A DNA stretch of 64,000 nucleotides, from positions 55,368,001 through 55,432,000 of the forward strand of contig CM059438.1 in the NCBI GenBank assembly GCA_030390025.1. The letters run 5' to 3'. Every line of letters begins with the position of its first letter. Positions within the stretch are counted from its first letter, which is position 1. Origin of the DNA: Squalus acanthias. Taxonomy: Eukaryota. Made by a program: the position numbers and the translations under genes. This document shows, one piece after another, positions 26,347 through 37,436 of this stretch. Under the pieces are notes generated by a model. The model made no database searches and was not told where the DNA came from. It saw nothing but the letters and a program-made list of their open reading frames with translations.

Positions 26347-28272
26347 ATGGAGAGGGTGAGAAAACGAGCTCAGCGCTTCAGCGAGCGGGCCTTGGAGGCT
26401 CTGGTTGGCGCGGTGGAGCACAGAAGATCTATACTCTACCATGAGAGTGACAGGAGGCTATTGCCGCGCGACTACAGAAGTGTGGAGGGAGGTGGCACAG
26501 AGCGTCTCTTCCAGGAGCATGGTGCCCAGGACCCATACACAATGTAGAAAAAAGTTCAACAACCTCACTCGGGTCATCAGGGTGAGTGTTTTTTTTTCAA
26601 TATTGACATGAATCTGTCATTCATGACTTATGAAATAATACTGAGTGGCCTGCGGGTGGCGCTGTCCAGGGAGAGTATGAATACTCGGGCACGGGCCCAG
26701 CTTGCGCAGGACATTCTTAACCGGAACTAGTGAAGGACACAACTAGACCTCCATGTTGTAAAACAGTTGATTAAAGCTTTAACGCTTAGACCAAGTGCCT
26801 AGTAGTTTTCTTATATCAAATACCTATCCATCCCTCCATCTCAACCTCACTCTATGGCCAGAGGGTCTTAAAACCCCAATGCCCAACACTCATCCAACAC
26901 CTATGGCCCTCTCATAAAACACACACGCACATTCCACACCTTGCATACAGTAAGGGCTATTCAACTATGGGAGGCACATCAGGCAAGACCATGGCTGTAT
27001 ATTGTAAGGGCTATTCAACTATGGGAAGCACATCAGGCAAGACCATGGCTGTATATTTACTCAGACGCTGTCCTTTTTCTTGCAGGCCAAGCTATCTCAT
27101 AACAGGAGACAGCAGCAACGGACGGGTGGAGGGCTGCCTTAGCTGCAACCCCTCAGCGATCTTGAGGCGCGCGTCCACAGGATTGTGGCAAGCCGGGTGA
27201 TCGGTCCTGTCGCCCCTGGAGAGGCCGACCCCGTTCGGGACAGCAATGGTAAGGTCATCACCTTTCTCTCCTCTCTCATTCCACTTGTCCCTCACAACAC
27301 CAGCCTTTGACACTTTCAATCCAACTTACTAAATCGCTGCACTCATTCCTCCCTTACTGCCCCCCTGTCCTCACCCTAAAGCCACTCTTGTACCTCCCTG
27401 CTTTCAGATGGTGATTCACCAGCTGAGGAGACGGGCCCTGAAGCTGCCAGTGGGAGTGAAGCTGCAGGTGAGGAGGAAGATGAAGCCGGAGCATCAGCGC
27501 CACCCTCTCCCGAGGAAGCCCATGCCCACACTGGGAACACGCCTTCCCTGGAGGGGAGCAGGGGGGAAGGGTCTGATGAGGGTAAAGCTCCAGGACCCAG
27601 TGGGTTGCAGCAACGCGATGTGGCTAGGGAAGCTTGGGGGCACTGGACGCAGAGGAGGAGCGGCTCATCGCTGAAATGAACACCCAGGTGGTGGACATGC
27701 ACACTCAGCTCATGGGTGCAGTGGGAAGGGTGCCCGAATGCATTGAATCACTGGCAAGGAGTGTGGAGCACTTCACTGTTCACAGGCGGCTGCCACGCAA
27801 ATGCTTAGTGCTGCAATTCAGTCACTGACTGCCGTGATCCAATCTCAGACTGGTCTCATGCAGACTCAGATTGAGGCCACGCGAGCACTGACTGCTGCCA
27901 TTGTCGCTGGTTCAGACACATTTCCCCGGGAGGTGCTGCCCCGTGGGAATGCCAGTGTGTCGGTCGAGCAGGGAGTTGCTGTCCTCTCTCAAGATGACAG
28001 CATTCCTGCTGCCACCACTGTCACTTCTCCACTGCACTTGCCACCGCCTGTAGCCCAGACTGCTGCCGCCCATGCAGAGTTGGTGCAGTCTGCAGCCGGG
28101 CCCTCCAGGCCCAGAGCCGGTCGAGGCCGTCCTTCAAGGGCATCTGTAGTCTCAGGTTCTGACAATCAGCAGCCTTGCTGCAGCCACTGGGGTCCCATTA
28201 CGGAGGAGCAGTAGGGTGGGAAGAGGAGAAGTGCGCAGGAGATGGAGATCACCCTCGAAGGGCAACAAGTAG
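26347..28272 (+). pseudogene. Harbinger Myb/SANT-like (MADF-type) gene, frameshifted
   Basis: Homologous to the copies at 31450 and 45902 (MERVRKRAQRFSERALEALV..QCRKKFNNL); 2-nt loss in exon 1 and further indels. Confidence 0.88.
26604..26818 (+). mobile_element. 215-bp solo LTR-like insertion in intron 1 of the Harbinger copy 1 Myb-like gene
   Basis: Absent from copies 3 and 4; ends TGACATGA...TTATATCA; 5-bp TSD AATAT/AATAC; ATTAAA near the 3' end. Confidence 0.75.
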
Positions 28273-28583
28273 GAGGTCTGACGAAATGTTGGGAATGTTT
28301 TTATTAAAGGCCGAGGTTCGTCTGATAACTTTTGTTTAGTGTTTTGGCCATTATCTCCAGGTTGTGAGAACCAGTTATGTTAATTAATGATTTTTTGTGT
28401 TTGTTTCTATTAGTTTGTCATGAAGAAATGACACAAAAAGAGTTTGTAAAATAAAAAGGTTTTGTATTCAAAATGTACATGTTTGGCCTTTGGCATCATT
28501 GCTGCCTTGGCCGGCTATAGGGGGTGCGGGTTGCTTTCCATGATGTTGTTCTCCATGCCAGAATGCATTTCCTGAGTAGGGGC

Positions 28584-29804
28584 CTAGAAGTAGCTTGTTA
28601 TCAGTCTTTGATGGACAGCCCTTGCAGTCTCAACATTGTGGGCCTCCCTCCCGCCTTGGTGCTGCTGCTGATCCCCCTCCTCTTCCTCCTCTTCCTCCAC
28701 CTCAGGTGGTGCACCAATCCCTGGTGGCATTGGCTGGGTCCTCAGGATTGCCAGGTTGTGAAGCATGCAGCACACAACTATGAAGAGGGAGACTCGCTCA
28801 GGAGAGTACTGTAGGGCTCCTCCTGAGTGGTCCAGACAGCGGAACCGTTGCTTGAGCACGCCAATCGTCTGCTCAATTATATTCCTGGTGGCGATATGGC
28901 TCTCATTGTACCGCAGCTCAGCAGGGGTGTTGGGGTTACGGAGCGGTGTCATCAGCCAGGTGCAGAGTGGATAACCTTTGTCCCCGAGGAGCCAACCACT
29001 TGGGTGATGCGGTGCCTGGAAAAGGTCTGGCTCACCAGTCTGGCGCAGGATGAAAGCATCGTGGCTGCTGCCAGGATAGCGGGCATTGACGGCAAGTATC
29101 AGCTGTGTGTGGTCACAGACAAACTGCACATTTAAGGAGTGGTAGCCCTTGCGGTTTCAGAAAACCTCTGCATTTTCATGCGGTGCCCGCAATGCCACAT
29201 GCGTGTAGTCAATGGCGCCCTGCACCATGGGGAAGCCCGCTATCCTCGCAAAGCCACATGCGCATTCATGCTGTTTGGCCCGGGTCATGGGGAAAGAGAT
29301 GTACTGGCGTCTCCTTTTATACAGGGCATTTGTCACCTCCCGGATACAACAATGAACAGCGAACTGGGAGATATTGGCGATGTCCCCAGTAGAAGCTTGA
29401 AAGGAGCTGGTGGAATAAAAATTCAGAGCCACTGTCACCTTCACTGCCACCGACAGAGACGTCCTGGTCCTCAGTTGAGGCGGCAGATCTGGTTGCAGCA
29501 GGTGGCAGAGCTCAGTGACCACCTCCTTGCTGAAGCGCAGCCTGCGCAAACACTGCTCCTCAGAAAAATGAATGTAGGAGAATTGTTCCCGGAATACCCT
29601 GGGGGGGTAAGGTCTCCTGTGCAGAGGCCTGTTGGCCCTCCTCCCTCTGGCCATGTTTGCCACTCTCTCTCTGCGTCTCTGATGCCTCCGATTCTGCAGG
29701 CGCAGGACGACGCCCCGAATCAGTGCAGCCCCCAAAGTCTCTTGACAATCGAAGTCATGAAGGTCAAATCCAAAAGAACCTGCAAAGTGCTGCTCAGTAG
29801 CCAA
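28584..29804 (-). pseudogene. Harbinger DDE transposase (HARBI1-like family) with one premature stop
   Basis: ORFs 29157-29804 and 28584-29129 are the same frame, split by a TGA at 29157-29159 where copy 3 has Arg; motifs [24 protein letters not shown]. Confidence 0.93.
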
Positions 29805-29833
29805 AACTACTTCACACAGCGTTGATTCTATGC

Positions 29834-30056
29834 AGAAGTCTCTCTCTCTCTCTCTCTCTCAGAATCTCTCTCTCTCTCTCTCTCTCTCTCAGAATCTCTC
29901 TCTCTCTCTCTCAGAATCTCTCTCTCTCTCTCTCAGAATCTCTCTCTCTCTCTCTCAGAATCTCTCAGAATCTCTCTCTCTCTCTCAGAATCTCTCTCTC
30001 TCTCTCTCTCAGAATCTCTCTCTCTCTCTCTTAGAATCTCTCTCTCTCTGTCAGAA
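29834..30056. repeat. AGAA(TC)n compound microsatellite upstream of the copy 1 transposase
   Basis: About a dozen AGAA(TC)n units, versus two to three at the homologous position of copies 3 and 4. Confidence 0.93.
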
Positions 30057-30417
30057 TGAGTGCTGCAAAAATGTCTCCCACTAAAAAAGGCAGGAAGAGG
30101 GCGCCTTTAAATAGCGCCCCCCCCCCCCAACCCCGCACCGACTGGAAAACACTCCAGTCTCCCTGTCGTTGCTTGCGACAGGTGGAAAGGAGGGTGGCGC
30201 CACTCAATATCCGGCCCGGGGTGGCACCGGGGCGTTGCACGCTCGACTGACGTCACGATCTGCGGGCGCAGGAGATCGGGGCGGTAGACTTTTGCACCGC
30301 TGCAAAAACTCTGGTCAATTTCGCGAGTTGCGCAAACATCGCCGCACCCGGGCGCTAGTTGCTTTGCGCCCATTAGCGCCCTCTTAGGGCAACCGAATTT
30401 TTCCCCCATGACTCTAT

Positions 30418-31078
30418 GGGGGAAAAATTGAGTCACGCCCCCTTTGGAGTGCTAATTTCGCCGGGGCGCTACTTAGCGCCCCCGCAGCTGTAATTCATCG
30501 GTAGCGCCCCAAGAGGGAAGCGGGGTGCACCACGCTCTGGGTACTGCAGGCCTTCCTCCCCTTCTTAAAGGGGAGGGGCCTAGCGCAGCGCGACCCGGGG
30601 CCCAGCTGGGCCACCAGGGATCGGAGTGCCGGCAAAAGAGCCCGGCACTCAAGAGAAGTGCCGGGCTCACGGAGCACAGCTGGCAGTCCGTGGGGGGGGG
30701 GGCTGCTCAGCAGGCCAGGACGGCAATGGGGGCAGGTGCTGGCAGGCGACCAACAACAAAAATGGCCGCCCGGCACCTTCCCTTTAATTAGCGCCGCCCC
30801 GCCCGCAGGTAGGCCCCCCTGACCCCATCGAACACAGCGTCCGGCGGTAAGTCAGGGGGCGCTACTGAAGATCGCGGCCGGGGCGCTGCGCACGGCGATG
30901 ACCTCCTCGCCGGCGGCGCACTGCCACGGGGCGTGAACGGTTACCGCCACTGCTAACCTCCCGCTGAATTTCGTGGAAGGCGTTGGCAGCGCCGCGCCCA
31001 GGCGCTAGTTCCTTTGCGCACTGTTAGCGCCCTGTTAGGGCACTAACCGGAGGCACAAAGCAACCGAATTTTTAGGCC
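30418..31078. mobile_element. Non-autonomous Harbinger element (MITE-like, 661 bp), copy 2
   Basis: Ends GGGGGAAAAATT...AATTTTTAGGCC; TSD TAT (30415-30417, 31079-31081); GC-rich, many TAGCGCC motifs; no recognisable coding sequence. Confidence 0.87.
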
Positions 31079-31449
31079 TATGACTCTATGGGGGAAAAAT
31101 TAGGTCGCGCCCCATTTGGGGCGCAAATATCGTCTGGACGCAAATATTAGCGCCTGGCGCTAATTATCGCCACTGACTGGAAACTTCACTTTTACCGCCC
31201 CGGGAGGTGAGTGGAGCGCTAAATCAGGCGCTGCACACCTGTCTTAAGGCGCAAAGGCCGAGCAGTGAGGCGCTAACTCAGCGCGCGAGCGCAGCGCAGG
31301 TGCTGCCAGTTAGCGAGGGAACTCAGACACACTGGCGCCGGCCAGTTCTTAAAGCGGGGGGGGGCCAACTTGCTCCCCAGCCACACCCTGCTCATTGCAG
31401 CCTTGAATCTCGGCCTGGAGAGACCTGTGAATCCATTTTGCTGCCAAGA

Positions 31450-32897
31450 ATGGAGAGGGTGAGAGAACGAGCTCATCGCTTCACCGAGCGGGCCTTGGAT
31501 GCTCTGGTTGGTGCGGTGATGCGCAGAAGATATATACTCTTCCCTGAGAGTGGCAGGAGGCCTTTGCCACGCGAGTACAGAAGAGTGTGGAGGGAGGTGG
31601 CTCAGAGCGTCTCCTCCAGGAGCATGGTGCCCAGGACCCATGTTCAATGCCGCAAAAAGTTCAACGACCTCACTCGGGTCGTCAGGGTGAGTGGCTTTTT
31701 CTCAATACCTCTCCATCCCTCCATCTCAACCTCACTCTATGGCCAGAGGGTCTTAAAACCCCAATGCACAACACTCATCCAACACCTATGGCCCTTTCAT
31801 CAAACACACACACACATTCCACACTTTGCATACAGTAAGGGCTATTCACCTATGGGAGGCACATCAGGCAAGACCATGGCTGCATATTGTAAGGGCTATT
31901 CACCTATGGGAGGCACATCAGGCAAGACCATGGCTGTATATTTACTCAGATGCTGTCCTTTTTCTTGCAGGCCAAGCTGGCGCATAATCGGAGACAGCAG
32001 CAACGGACAGGTGGAGGGCGGCCTCAGCTGCAACCCCTCAGCGATCTTGAGGAGCGCGTCCACAGGATTGTGGCAAGCCGGGTGATCGGTCACGTCGCCA
32101 CTGGAGACGCCGACCCCGTTCTGGACAGCAATGGTAAGGTCATCACCTTTTTGTCCTCTGTCCTTCCACTTGTCCCTCACAACACCAGCCTTTGACACTT
32201 TCAATCCAACTTGCTAACTCGCTGCACTTATTCCTCCCTTACTGCCACCCTGTCCTCACGCTAAAGCCACTCTCGTACCTCCCTGCTTTCAGATGGTGAT
32301 TCACCAGCTGAGGAGACGGGCCCTGAAGCTGCCACTGGGAGTGAAGCTGCAGCCGAGGAGGAAGAGGAAGCCGGAGCATCAGTGCCACCCTCTCCCGAGG
32401 AAGCCCATGCCCACACTGGGAACACGCCTTCCCTGGAGGGGAGCAGGGGGGAAGGGTCTGATGAGGGTGAAGCTCCAGGACCCAGCGGGCTGCAGCAACG
32501 CCATGGGGGTAGGGAAGAACGGGGGCCTTCTCCCCAGAGGGAGAGTATGCCAGAGACTCCTACTGCAATGGACGCAGAGGAGGAGCGGCTGATCGCAGAA
32601 ATGAACACCCAGGCGGTGGGCATGCACACTGAGCTCATGGGTGCAGTGGGAAGGGTGCCCGAATGCATTGAGTCACTGGCAAGGAGTGTGGAGCACTTCG
32701 CTGTAGCACAGGCGGATGCCACACTAACGCTTAGTGCTGCAATTCAGTCACTGGCTGCTGTGATCCCATCTCTGACTGCTCTCATGCAGACTCAGATTGA
32801 GGCCACGCGAGCACAGACTGCTGCCAACCTCGATGGTTCGTTCACATGTCTCCGGTCGAGGCCGTCCTTCAGGGGCATCTGCAGTGTCAGGGTCTGA
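31450..32897 (+). CDS. Harbinger Myb/SANT-like DNA-binding protein; exons 31450-31686, 31971-32133, 32293-32897; C-terminus altered by an internal deletion
   Basis: Exon 1 MERVRERAHRFTERALDALV..VWREVAQSV..RTHVQCRKKFNDL; junctions AGG|gtgagt, ttgcag|GCC, G|gtaagg, tttcag|AT keep the frame; about 250 bp missing near 32855 relative to copy 4. Confidence 0.85.
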
Positions 32898-33330
32898 CGA
32901 TCAGCAGCTTTCCACCAGCCTTGCTGCAGCCACTGAGGTCCCATTACGGAGGAGCAGTAGGGTTAGAAGGGGGGAAGTGCGCAAGGGAAGGAGATCACCC
33001 TCGAAGGGCAAAAAGTAGGAGGTGTGACAAAATGCTGGTCATTTTTTTATTAAAGGCCGAGGTTCATGGTCCAACTTTTGTTTAGTGTTTTGGACATTAT
33101 CTCCAGGTTGTGAGAACCAGTTATGTTATTGACTGTTTTTTTGTGTTTATTTCTATGAGTTTGTCATGAGGAATTGACACACACAGAGTTTGTAAAATAA
33201 ATAAGTTTCTGTATTCAAAATATACATGGTTGGTGTTTGGAATTATTGGTGCCTTGGCCGGCTTAGGGGTTGCGTGCTGGGTTCATTGATGTTGTTAGCA
33301 ATGGCAGAAGCCATTTCCACAGCAGGGGCC

Positions 33331-34413
33331 CTAGAAGCGGCTTGCTATCAGCCGTTGACGGACGGCCCTTGCAGTTTCACCATTGTGGGCCGCCCTCCCG
33401 CCTTGGTGCTGCTGGTGATCATCCTCCTTGTCCTCTTCCTCCTCTTCCTCCTCCTCCTCTGGTGGTGCTCCAAGGCCTGGTGGCATTGGCTGGGTCCTGA
33501 CGATTGCCATGTTATGCAACATGCAGCACACAACTACGAAGTTGGATACTCGTTCAGGCGAGTACTGCAGGGCTCCTCCAGAATGGTCGAGACAGCGGAA
33601 CCGTTGCTTCAGCACGCCGATTGTGCGCTCAATGATGTTCCTGGTAGCTTGATGGCTCTCATTGTACCGCAGCTCAGCAGGGGTGTTGGGCGTACGGAGC
33701 GGTGTCATCAGCCAGGTGCTCAATGGATACCCCTTGTCCCCGAGAAGCCAACCAACTGGCTGATGCGGTGCCTCGAAAAGTTCTGCCACAGTAGTCTGGT
33801 GCAGGATAAAAGCATCGTGGCAGCTGCCAGGATAGTGGGCATTGACAGCGAGTATCAGCTGTCTGTGGTCACAGACCAACTGAACATTCAAGGAATGGAA
33901 CCCCTTTCTGTTCCGGAATTCCTCGGCATTCTCATGTGGAGCACGCAAAGCCACATGCGTGCAGTCAATGGCGCCCTGCACCATGGGGAAGCCCGCTATC
34001 CTCGCAAAGCCCAGAGCGCGGACACGCTGCTTGTCTGGGGTCATGGGGAAAGAGATGAACTCTCGTCTCCTTTTAAAGAGGGCATTTGTGACCTGCCGGA
34101 TGCAGCAATGCACCGCGAACTGGGAGATATTGGCGAGGTCCCCAGCAGCAGCTTGAAATGAGCCAGTAGCATAGAAGTTGAGAGCCACTGTGACCTTCAC
34201 TGCCACCGACAGAGACGTCCTGGACCTCAGTTGAGGCTGCAGATCTGGCTGCAGCAGGTGGCAGAGCTCAGTGACCACCTCCTTGCTGAATCGCAGCCTT
34301 CGCAAACACAGCTCCTCAGACATATGAAGGTAGGAGAGCTGTTCACGATATACCCTGGGAGGGTAAGCTCTCCTGTACATACACCTGTTGGCCCTCCTCC
34401 GTCTGGCCATCAT
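33331..34413 (-). CDS. Harbinger DDE transposase (HARBI1-like family), about 360 aa from the first ATG; frame open to 34560
   Basis: Uninterrupted ORF with [40 protein letters not shown] and N-terminal HTH-like region (ALNFYATGSFQ..ISQFAVHCCI). Confidence 0.95.
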   Translation of the reverse strand: MMARRRRANRCMYRRAYPPRVYREQLSYLHMSEELCLRRLRFSKEVVTELCHLLQPDLQPQLRSRTSLSVAVKVTVALNFYATGSFQAAAGDLANISQFAVHCCIRQVTNALFKRRREFISFPMTPDKQRVRALGFARIAGFPMVQGAIDCTHVALRAPHENAEEFRNRKGFHSLNVQLVCDHRQLILAVNAHYPGSCHDAFILHQTTVAELFEAPHQPVGWLLGDKGYPLSTWLMTPLRTPNTPAELRYNESHQATRNIIERTIGVLKQRFRCLDHSGGALQYSPERVSNFVVVCCMLHNMAIVRTQPMPPGLGAPPEEEEEEEEEDKEDDHQQHQGGRAAHNGETARAVRQRLIASRF

Positions 34414-34685
34414 TGCCACTCTCTCTCTGCGTCTCTGTGTCCTCCGATTCAGCTGGAGCAGGACGACGCCCCCAACCAGTCCAGCCCCCAGAGTCTCTTT
34501 GCAAGCAAAGTTATGAAGGACAGCAACCAAAGTACCAGCGAAGTTAGGATCAGTAGGCAAAACTACCTCACAAAGCGTTGACTCAATGCAGAAGTCTCTC
34601 TTTCTCTCTCTCCGAATCTCTCTCTCTCTCTCAGAACGAGTGGTGCAAAAATGTCAACCACAGAAAAAGACAGGAAGAGGCCTTC

Positions 34686-34830
34686 TTTAAATAGCGCCCC
34701 CCCCAGCCCCACAGCGATTGATAGCGTTCCAGTCTAACGGTCGTTGGATGCGCCAGGCGGTAAGGCAGGGGGCGCCACTCAATTTCCGCTCCGGGGCGCC
34801 ACAAGGGCGTTGCACCATGGAATGACGTCA
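34686..34830 (-). promoter_or_regulatory. Candidate transposase promoter: TATA-like TATTTAAA and CRE-like palindrome TGACGTCA
   Basis: TATTTAAA (34686-34693, minus) and TGACGTCA (34823-34830); both conserved in copy 1 (30106, 30248) and copy 4 (51095, 51232). Confidence 0.5.
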
Positions 34831-35005
34831 CAATCTGCGCGCGCAGGTGGTCGCAGCGGTAAAGTTTAGCGCCGCCGCACAATGTCTAGTTAAGTTCCCG
34901 AGCGGCGCAAACATCGCTGCGCCCGGGCGTTAGCGGCTTTGCGCCCCATTAGCGCCCTCTTAATGCGCTAACGGGAGGCGCAACCAACTGAATTTTTACC
35001 CCTAT

Positions 35006-36850
35006 GTTTACAAACTGGCAGAATGGGCTTGTAATTGGCAAATTAATTTCAATATAGATAAGTATGAGGTGGTGCATTTTAGTAGGAGGAATAAGGAGGC
35101 CACATACTCCTTGGATAATAAGAGTCTAAATGGGGTCGAGGAGCAGAAGGATCTGGGGGTACAGATACACAAATCACTAAAAGTCACGACACAGGTTAAT
35201 AAGGCCATAAAGGAGCAAAAGAGCTGAATTTCAGAGGTGAGGTGAGAGTGACTGCCCTTGACATCAAGGCAGCATTTGACCGAGTGTGGCATCAAGGAGG
35301 CCTAATAAAACTGAAGTCAATGGGAATCGGGGGGGGAAACGCTCCACTGGCTGGAGTCATACCTAGCACAAAGGAAGATGGTTGTGGTGGTTGAAGGTTA
35401 ATCATCACAGCCCCAGGACATTGCTGCAGGAATTCCTCAGGGCAGTGTCCTAGGCCCAACCATCTTCAGCTGCTTCATCAATGACCTTCCCTCCAACATA
35501 AGGTCAGAAATGGGGATGTTTGCTGATGACTGCACAGTGTTCAGCGCCATTCACAACTCCTCAGATAATGAAGCAGTCCATGCCCACATGCAACAAGACC
35601 TGGATGACGTTCAGGCTTGGGCTGATAAGTGTCAGGTAACATTCGCGCCACAGAAGTGCCAGGCAATGACTATCTCCAACAAGCTAGAGTCTAAGCACCG
35701 CCCCGTGACATTCAATGGCATTACCATCGCTGAATCCCCCATTATCAACATCCTGGGGGGTCACCATTGACCAGAAACTTAACTGGACCAGCCACATAAA
35801 TACTGTGGCAACAAGAGCAGGTCAGCGGCTAGGTATTCTGCGGCGAGTGTCTCACCTCCTGACTCCCCAAAGCCTTTCCATCATCTACAAGGCACAAGTA
35901 AGGAGTGTGATGGAATACTCTCCACTTGCCTGGATGAGTTGCAGCTCCAACAACACTCAAGAAGCTCGACACCATCTAGGACAAAGCAGCCTGCTTGATC
36001 GGCACTCCCTCCACCACCGGCGTACCATGGCTGCAGTGTGTACCATCTACAAGATGCACTGCAGCAACTCGCCAAGGCTTCTTCGGCAGCACCTCCCAAA
36101 CCCGCGACCTCTTCCACCTAGAAGGACAAGGGCAGCAGGTGCATGGGAACACCACCACCTCCAAGTTCCCCTCCAAGTCACACACCATGCTGACTTAGAA
36201 GTATATCACCGATCCTTCATCGTCGCTGGGTGAAAATCCTGGAACTCCCTCCCTAATAGCACTATGGAAGTACCTTCACCACACGGACTGCAGCGGTTCA
36301 AGAAGGCAGCTCACCACCACCTTCTCAAAGGCGACTAGGGATGGGCAATAAATGCTGGCCTTGCCAACGACGCCCACATCCCATAAAAACAAATTTAAAA
36401 AAAGCAAACCAAGCACTGGGTCTCATTTCTAGAGGAATAGAATTGAAAAGCAAAGAAGTTATGTTAAACTTGTATAGAACCTTGGTTAGACCGCACGTGA
36501 ATAGTTTTGGTCTTCATATTACAAAAAGGACGTCGAGGCACTGGAGAAAAGGCAAAAATAGATTTACAAGGATGATACCCGAATTGAGAGTTTATACTTA
36601 TCCGGAAAGACATCTTTACCCAGAGAGTGGTGAGAATGTGGAACTCGCTACTGCAAGGAGTAGTTGCGGTGAATAGCAGAGATACATTTAAGGGGAAGCT
36701 GGATAAACACATGAGGGAGAAGGAAATAAGTTATGCTGATGGGGTGAGATGAAGAGGGGTGGGAGGAGGCTCGTGTGGAGCATAAACACCAGCACGGACC
36801 AGTTGGGCCGAACGCCTGTTTCTGTGCTGTAAATTCTATGTCATTCTATG
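35006..36850 (+). mobile_element. Continuation and 3' end of outer CR1 element A, interrupted at 35212-36396
   Basis: Joins 24397 in frame (EDCDKIQDDV|YKLAEWA); resumes KANQALGLISRGIE after 36397; ends in ATTCTATG-type tail. Confidence 0.88.
35212..36396 (+). mobile_element. CR1/L2-group LINE, 5'-truncated
   Basis: [62 protein letters not shown] and A-rich tail. Confidence 0.9.
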
Positions 36851-37209
36851 TTAAGGGCACAATGCAACACCTCTTTCTCATTCCAAACACACTCACCTCT
36901 TCCTTTCTGAGCAGGACAGAGACGAGGACTTCAGGGGCTCAGCCACTAAAAGAAAACTGCCGGCCTCACACGAGCAGTCATACCAGTTATTGGAAGACCT
37001 GCCATGGAGTGGCTCATCTTCTGTAGGCCGCTCTCCTCCTGACCAGTGGGAGTGATGAACCCCAGCCTCAAGGGAGTGCTCGTGGCACTATAGGTGTGGC
37101 AGTGGCACCACGGGAGTGACAGGGGCACAATAGGGCTCACACAGGCTCGAGCACCCAGACCGCACCAACCATGACCATCTCAAGGCTCCCCAGAGGAGGA
37201 ACAGTCCCT

Positions 37210-37436
37210 TTCCTGTGGAATTCTCTACCACACAAGGCAGTTGAGGCCAATTCATTAAATATATTCAAGAAGGAGATAGATATATTTCTTAAGGCTAAGG
37301 GGATCAAGGGATATGGGGAGAAAGCAGGGACAGGGTACTGAATTTGGATGATCAGCCATGATCGCATTGAATGGCGGAGCAGGCTCGAGGGGCCGAATGG
37401 CCTACTCCTGCTCCTATCTTCTATGCTTCTATGTTT
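37210..37436 (+). mobile_element. CR1 3' end fragment
   Basis: WNSLP..AVEA..FKKEIDIFL followed by CR1 3' UTR and CTTCTATG repeats. Confidence 0.85.

Larger units (their letters stand above)
25986..30406. mobile_element. PIF/Harbinger DNA transposon copy 1 (defective two-gene element)
   Basis: TIRs GGGGGAGAAATTC / GAATTTTTCCCC; TSD CAT (25983-25985, 30407-30409, assuming one C is missing from the right TIR); contains Myb-like and transposase genes. Confidence 0.93.
31090..35002. mobile_element. PIF/Harbinger DNA transposon copy 3 (intact transposase)
   Basis: TIRs GGGGGAAAAATT / AATTTTTACCCC; TSD TAT (31087-31089, 35003-35005). Confidence 0.96.

Noticed and set aside
31207..32085. Single-exon 292-aa protein as the Myb-like product
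   Set aside because: Canonical splice sites give a coherent 3-exon product from ATG 31450; the ORF starts at GTG in subterminal sequence
33226..34161. 311-aa plus-strand ORF
   Set aside because: Antisense shadow of the GC-rich transposase; broken in the other copies
33331..34560. Domesticated host HARBI1/NAIF1 genes
   Set aside because: Multiple copies, each bounded by TIRs and TSDs and several disabled; these are transposons
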